DNA of 64,000 nucleotides from an uncultured Methanosarcinaceae archaeon. Its GTDB lineage: Archaea; Halobacteriota; Methanosarcinia; Methanosarcinales; Methanosarcinaceae. The position numbers and the translations under genes are program-made. The stretch is taken from assembly GCA_963833425.1 (NCBI GenBank), contig CAWHXP010000006.1:32001-96000 (forward strand). Direction: 5' to 3'. Below, in pieces: positions 59,255 through 64,000 of this stretch. Within the stretch, counting starts at the first letter, position 1, and every line of letters starts with the position of its first letter. The notes beneath the pieces are model-generated. The model searched no databases and was not told the DNA's origin. It saw only the letters and a program-made list of their open reading frames with translations.

Positions 59255-59672
59255 TAAATCACAATCAAATGCCGAGAGCAATAACAGTTGATAAGAATCT
59301 AGCTTATTCTATTGCCATACATGAACTGAAAAATGAAAAAAAGTTGTCTAAAAGGATTGAAATGAGATCAGTAAAATATTTGACTAACATTGTAGAACAA
59401 GATCAGAGGTCTATCAAGCGGATAATTGCTCCAATGCTAAGCTTCGGTCTTTTCGCTCTGCAAGTAAGATTTATAAAAGGAATTGAAGATTTGAATATGG
59501 TTAAAAAAGGACAAATCAAGAATCTAAACTACTCTGGTCTGAATGAAGCTAAATATACCAACCAATTATTTGGAATAGTTCTGTAATATTGATAAATTTT
59601 TCTCGGATATTTTGACTTTTGTTCATCACCCATATATTTACGTGCTTATTCTGATATTTTTGCAACGGAATC
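59255..59672 (+). mobile_element. IS6-family 3' fragment with right TIR
   Basis: PRAITVDKN, KYLTNIVEQDQR and TTTTTGCAACGGAATC end. Confidence 0.88.
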
Positions 59673-59847
59673 ATTCTTGGTATTGTTTGAATATATATAG
59701 TATACAAATACGATTCAGTGAGGATCCCTGTTTTAATATGCTCGCCTGATAGCTGTAAAATAATACGAAAAAATATACCGATTTTTAAATTAAACTTGTC
59801 CTTCTCTTGAATTCTTGGAGCATTTCAAGTTAGTCCTACCCATCTCC

Positions 59848-59882
59848 ATAATGCATATATTAAAATATAATCTATGTATTAT
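59848..59882. promoter_or_regulatory. 14-7-14 imperfect palindrome; candidate recombination or autoregulatory site
   Basis: ATAATGCATATATT-aaaatat-AATCTATGTATTAT, 12 of 14 arm positions complementary, ending 19 bp before the recombinase ATG. Confidence 0.45.
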
Positions 59883-59901
59883 ACTTCGTTGGAGATTCCT
59901 T

Positions 59902-60510
59902 ATGGAAAAATACAAAATGTCAGGATACAGAAAAGATCCTGAAGTTCTACACCTCTACGTAAAGGATATTAGGATTTTGACACCGAAGGATTATGAAACC
60001 TTAAAAGCTGCTATTCCGAAAGACTCCCATAGAGCAGTACTCGACATCCTTTTAATCACAGGTATGCGGTATGCTGAGATGCTCAGGCTTTACAACCACA
60101 GAGAGTGGTACAATGATAAGCGGAATATAATCCACCTGCCTGAAGAGGCTCAGAAGAAACATAAAAGAAGACAGCTTGAAAGAACTATCCATCCACTACC
60201 TAGCATGTTTAACTACATTCTCAGAGATTTTTGGGAAGGGAAAAGACCACCTCTAGAACCTACATGGAACAAGAATTTTCAAAGATGGGCTATGAAAGCA
60301 GGCATCAACCCATATGGATTTTCAGTTAAAACTACAAGGAAGACTATAGAGTCATGGATGATAGCCGCCGGAGTGATTGAATCCACTGTGTGTTTGCGCC
60401 AGGGACACGACTCACTCACTTCAATGCGCCATTATCAGGGGCTCGCTTTTTCTGATGACGAGATGAGAGGTATCAAAAAGCAGTTAACAGCTTGGGGATT
60501 AATGAGATGA
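59902..60510 (+). CDS. Minimal tyrosine recombinase (catalytic domain only)
   Basis: LLITGMRYAE (R1), K-rich beta region, VKTTRKT (KxxR), RQGHDSLTSMRHY (H...Y); RBS ggag upstream; 202 aa. Confidence 0.88.
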   Translation: MEKYKMSGYRKDPEVLHLYVKDIRILTPKDYETLKAAIPKDSHRAVLDILLITGMRYAEMLRLYNHREWYNDKRNIIHLPEEAQKKHKRRQLERTIHPLPSMFNYILRDFWEGKRPPLEPTWNKNFQRWAMKAGINPYGFSVKTTRKTIESWMIAAGVIESTVCLRQGHDSLTSMRHYQGLAFSDDEMRGIKKQLTAWGLMR

Positions 60511-60686
60511 CAACTAAAAATACAGAGGCATTAGAATCTGTGATTCAGCCACCTAACCAAAAATTGTGTATGAGATTAAATCAAGATCAGGAACTAAAAC
60601 CTCGAATTATGAAAGATGGCCATATTGCCAAAAATTCGCTGTTTCACAATCATGCAGGAGAGAATATTGGAATTATACAAGTGTAA
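60507..60686 (+). CDS. Small hypothetical protein coupled to the recombinase (ATGA overlap); possibly AbrB-like
   Basis: 59 aa; PRIMKDGHI...AGENIGII resembles a swapped-hairpin pattern (inference). Confidence 0.55.
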   Translation: MTTKNTEALESVIQPPNQKLCMRLNQDQELKPRIMKDGHIAKNSLFHNHAGENIGIIQV

Positions 60687-60831
60687 ATCAAATTTTACAA
60701 TTCCAAAGATAGAGATAAAAGAGCGATCTACAAATAATAGATTGCCAAAAGGGTTGATTAAATACGTTAAATGCCCTAAAAATGACGGATTTAAGCCAGT
60801 TAGGGCTATAATAAAGCCAAGAGAATACTTA

Positions 60832-60910
60832 AGAAGATTTCAATAAAACTCTATTTTCACGAGTAATTTATATTCCATATATAATATATGAGAGCTTATC
60901 GAAATCCTCT
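60832..60910. mobile_element. IS5-TIR MITE (~80 bp)
   Basis: AGAAGATTTCAATAAAAC ... GCTTATCGAAATCCTCT. Confidence 0.7.
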
Positions 60911-61050
60911 TCATGATCAACCAATCAAATATTGGATCTTTGGGAAATTTTCTTGTAACTCATGAGCCAGTTAAATTTTTCAGACTGGACAGGAAGGGGA
61001 AAAAGAATACCCTAATATATTTGAATTTCTTAATGAAATGATTTTTCGAG

Positions 61051-62244
61051 TTATGCTCTCATTTTCTGAGCCAACTGTCTACCTATTTTCTCAACCTTTT
61101 TTAAATCTTCGTCGTTGGCTCTACCTCTCACTTGGAAGTTTCCCACAATCTCCAGTTTTGAAGAGATAAGAATCTCTCCGGCTTGTTTGAGTGCTCCTCC
61201 GCCCCAACCAAAGGACCCAAGTACAACACCATACTTTGCCGGTGGATTGAGAGCTTTTACTAGATAAGTACCATAAAGAGCAAGCGGATGCATACCTCCA
61301 AGAACTGTAGGTACTCCGATAACAATCGAACGGGAGTCAACTAGTTCTCTTGCAACATCTCCAATATCTGAGACTGCAAGATCATACATTTTAACATCTA
61401 CCCCTTCTTTAAGAAGAATTTCTGCAATTGTCCGAACCATATCTCGAGTGGATCCCCACATACTCACATAGATGATAAGGGCTTTATTCTCTGTTTTCCC
61501 TGCAGTCCATTTAACATACGGACCGATAATACGGTTTGGATTTGTGTAAATCGGCCCATGACTCGGCGCAATTATTTTGATATTAAGATCCTTAATTTTA
61601 TCAAAAGCTTTTACCCCCATTTTCCCGAAAGGCATCATGATTTCCCCATAATAACGTTTTGCAAAAGGGATCAGTTCTTCGATATCTTCATCGTAGATTC
61701 CCTGAGCTGTATGGGCCCCGAAAAAATCGCATGAAAAAAGAATTTTGTCCTCAGATAAGTATGTGAACATTGTCTCAGGCCAATGAAGCCAGGGAGCTTC
61801 TATGAAACGGAGGGTCTTTCCACCCAGATCAAGGTTGTCTCCGTCAGCGACTATTTTAATCCTGACTTCAGGCAGCTCGTGATAGAGCCTGGCCATACTT
61901 ACTCCTTTTTCGGTTGTGACAAATAAGGCATTTGGAGCTTTTTCTAGGATAAATTTGATGGAATTGGAGTGATCCGGTTCTGCATGGTTCATGATCAAGT
62001 AATCAAGCTTTTCCAAATCAGAGATCATATTGATTTTTGCTTCAAGTTCCTCTTCAAAACCCGGATTCACTGTATCTATTAGAGCTGTTTTCTTTTCACC
62101 TTTTACGTAGTATGAGTTGTAGCTCGTGCCATCTGGCAGAGGAATTAAAGCATCAAACATTCTGCGTGTCCAGTCTTTTGCCCCGACACTGAAAACATTA
62201 TTAGAAATCTCTGGAATATTATAAGTTTTCATAGTTTCCTCCAT
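61051..62244 (-). CDS. fprA: Flavodiiron protein (FprA/A-type flavoprotein)
   Basis: GTSYNSY, NHAEPDH, HWPETM, SCDFFGAH, PSHG and flavodoxin SMWGST/GSFGWGG. Confidence 0.96.
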   Translation of the reverse strand: MEETMKTYNIPEISNNVFSVGAKDWTRRMFDALIPLPDGTSYNSYYVKGEKKTALIDTVNPGFEEELEAKINMISDLEKLDYLIMNHAEPDHSNSIKFILEKAPNALFVTTEKGVSMARLYHELPEVRIKIVADGDNLDLGGKTLRFIEAPWLHWPETMFTYLSEDKILFSCDFFGAHTAQGIYDEDIEELIPFAKRYYGEIMMPFGKMGVKAFDKIKDLNIKIIAPSHGPIYTNPNRIIGPYVKWTAGKTENKALIIYVSMWGSTRDMVRTIAEILLKEGVDVKMYDLAVSDIGDVARELVDSRSIVIGVPTVLGGMHPLALYGTYLVKALNPPAKYGVVLGSFGWGGGALKQAGEILISSKLEIVGNFQVRGRANDEDLKKVEKIGRQLAQKMRA

Positions 62245-62685
62245 TCTACATGATGGAATTTAAAAACATAACTAAATTTTGAACTATTTTTATCAATCTA
62301 ATAACTATTCATCAAAATTTTCGTTTATCTCAGCACATGAACTCAATGCTAAAATTCAGCACAGTGATTATCTGACGTGGTAGATTTGTAGACTTGAGAA
62401 TATGTGCTTAAAATATAGGTTACATAATTTGTTTGATGTATATTTGGCATTTTTAAAATATCTAATTATCTCAATATAATAACGCCTTATTATATTTAGA
62501 TAATTATATTAATAGAATAAGTTACGCTCCTCCTTTACACACGATATTTCCAAGATAACTAATAGTTCCTACGGAAAAATGAGCGGAATTACCTCAAGAT
62601 TCATTTCAGTAGAGATCACACAGAGTGTAGAGGATATGGGAAACTTTCCAGAGAACCATTATTAACTGACAAATTTGTATTTCAA

Positions 62686-63170
62686 GCTACCTTTGAATTA
62701 TATAAATGGAACTACGTGATGAAAATCATCAGTCTATAAAAATATTATATTATACTGTTTTTGAGAAGTATTACAAAAAACTCTCTTAAACAATGACTGC
62801 ATCAAAGTTTGAAAGACATATAGTCTGAAATTGATAAAAAGTACTGTTTTAAGTTTGATGCAATCGGTACTTTGGTAATCGTGTACATCTTTTCATTAGT
62901 GATGAACCAAAAAATATCTTTCAGAAATGATGCAAATTACAAAGAATATCGCTGCAAAAAAAAATCATTCAAGAATACTATGTGATTAAAAAAGTTATTT
63001 GGTGGCAAGCTGAAAGTGATTGAGACAACATCAAGCTGTTTGTGGTGATACAACTTCCGATGATACTAAAAAATAAATTTAGAATCGGGAAACAAAAAAG
63101 AAAAAAAAATCATAGAAACAAATGAAAATACTAAATTTGGAATGATTCCTTTATATTCGGAGTAGGGGCT
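62686..63170 (+). mobile_element. tnpA: IS200-type TnpA pseudogene
   Basis: MELRDENH, YCFKFDAIGT, RVHLFISDEPK, MMQITKNIAAKK and KESxKQMKILN across many lesions. Confidence 0.7.
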
Positions 63171-63316
63171 CAAACTTACACATTGTTTGGAGTTGCGTAC
63201 GTTCTCACACCAAAATTTTGAGATTAAGCGAAATATTTAAATCCAGCTAACAGTTTGTTAATAAGTGTACACAAAATGTAAAGATGGATTGATTCGGAAT
63301 ATAAAAAATTTTCAAA

Positions 63317-63388
63317 TGGACTCGACGGGATTTGAACCCGTGGCCTTTACGTTGCGAACGTAACGATCTTCCCCTGATCTACGAGCCC
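63317..63388 (-). tRNA. tRNA-Ala (anticodon CGC)
   Basis: GGGCTCGTAGATCAGGGGAAGATCGTTACGTTCGCAACGTAAAGGCCACGGGTTCAAATCCCGTCGAGTCCA cloverleaf with G3:U70 pair; CCA not encoded. Confidence 0.96.
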
Positions 63389-63451
63389 TTTAAAAGAAGG
63401 GGGTGATATAAAAATATTTATCCGGGTATATTGTCCGGCTCTTTTTTCTGT

Positions 63452-63721
63452 TCAGAAACGATAGAGTTCCAGAACCTGAATGTTTTCGACGCCTGGGACT
63501 TTTGCGAAAGCCTCTTCTATAGCTTCGGTTCCACCTTCTCTGTCATTTACAATTAAAGTAGCTATAAGGGCCTTCAGCCCGAAAGCAATGGGTTCTTCAA
63601 TAATATCCCCATGAAGGTCAGCACCTACTGGAATTGCACCTTTTATCTTTTCTTTTAGCTCTACAAGGTTAGTATCAACACTTTCAGGCATGATTTTCAT
63701 TTTTGCCGCAACTTCACCCAT
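63452..63721 (-). CDS. ef1b: Archaeal elongation factor 1-beta
   Basis: KIMPES, EEPIAFGLKAL, EGGTE. Confidence 0.96.
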   Translation of the reverse strand: MGEVAAKMKIMPESVDTNLVELKEKIKGAIPVGADLHGDIIEEPIAFGLKALIATLIVNDREGGTEAIEEAFAKVPGVENIQVLELYRF

Positions 63722-63817
63722 TCTGATACCTCTGATCTTTTAGCTTCTTCTGTTGATCAAGTTCATTTTTGATTTTCTTATTAAACGTTTCTATATGATT
63801 CAGAACTTTGCCTTAAA

Positions 63818-64000
<183 letters not shown>

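Noticed and set aside
59902..63388. Integrated element using tRNA-Ala as attachment site
   Set aside because: No duplicate of the tRNA 3' end found near the recombinase or elsewhere in the window by eye

Overview
Archaeal chromosomal segment from a Methanosarcina-like methanogen, judged from vhtGACD, hdrED, methanogenesis marker 9 and Methanosarcina-type IS, HEAT and TPR genes. Intact genes are hisS, nadX, nadC, vhtGACD, hypCDABE, a GNAT, a PHP protein, cdc6/orc1, a thermosome subunit, a marker-9/citG/DUF447 operon, RNase P RNA, a geranylgeranyl reductase, two DUF116 genes, fprA, tRNA-Ala(CGC), aEF-1beta and a Zn-ribbon protein. They are separated by long AT-rich tracts that are largely decayed DNA: IS5, IS6, IS200/IS605 (TnpA, TnpB) and IS1634 fossils, two MITE families and many pseudogenes. 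Most notable: (1) a catalytic-domain-only tyrosine recombinase coupled to a 59-aa ORF, with a lox/dif-like 14-7-14 palindrome just upstream; (2) hdrE and hdrD both frameshifted by single-base duplications while vht/hyp are intact; (3) a ~5.2-kb imperfect inverted duplication with locally homogenised arms; (4) DUF116 and GGR genes beside hdrED as candidate methanophenazine-related genes; (5) an in-frame amber codon in phoU. No CRISPR array or rRNA was seen. All homology calls come from manual motif recognition and recalled family sequences, not database searches.
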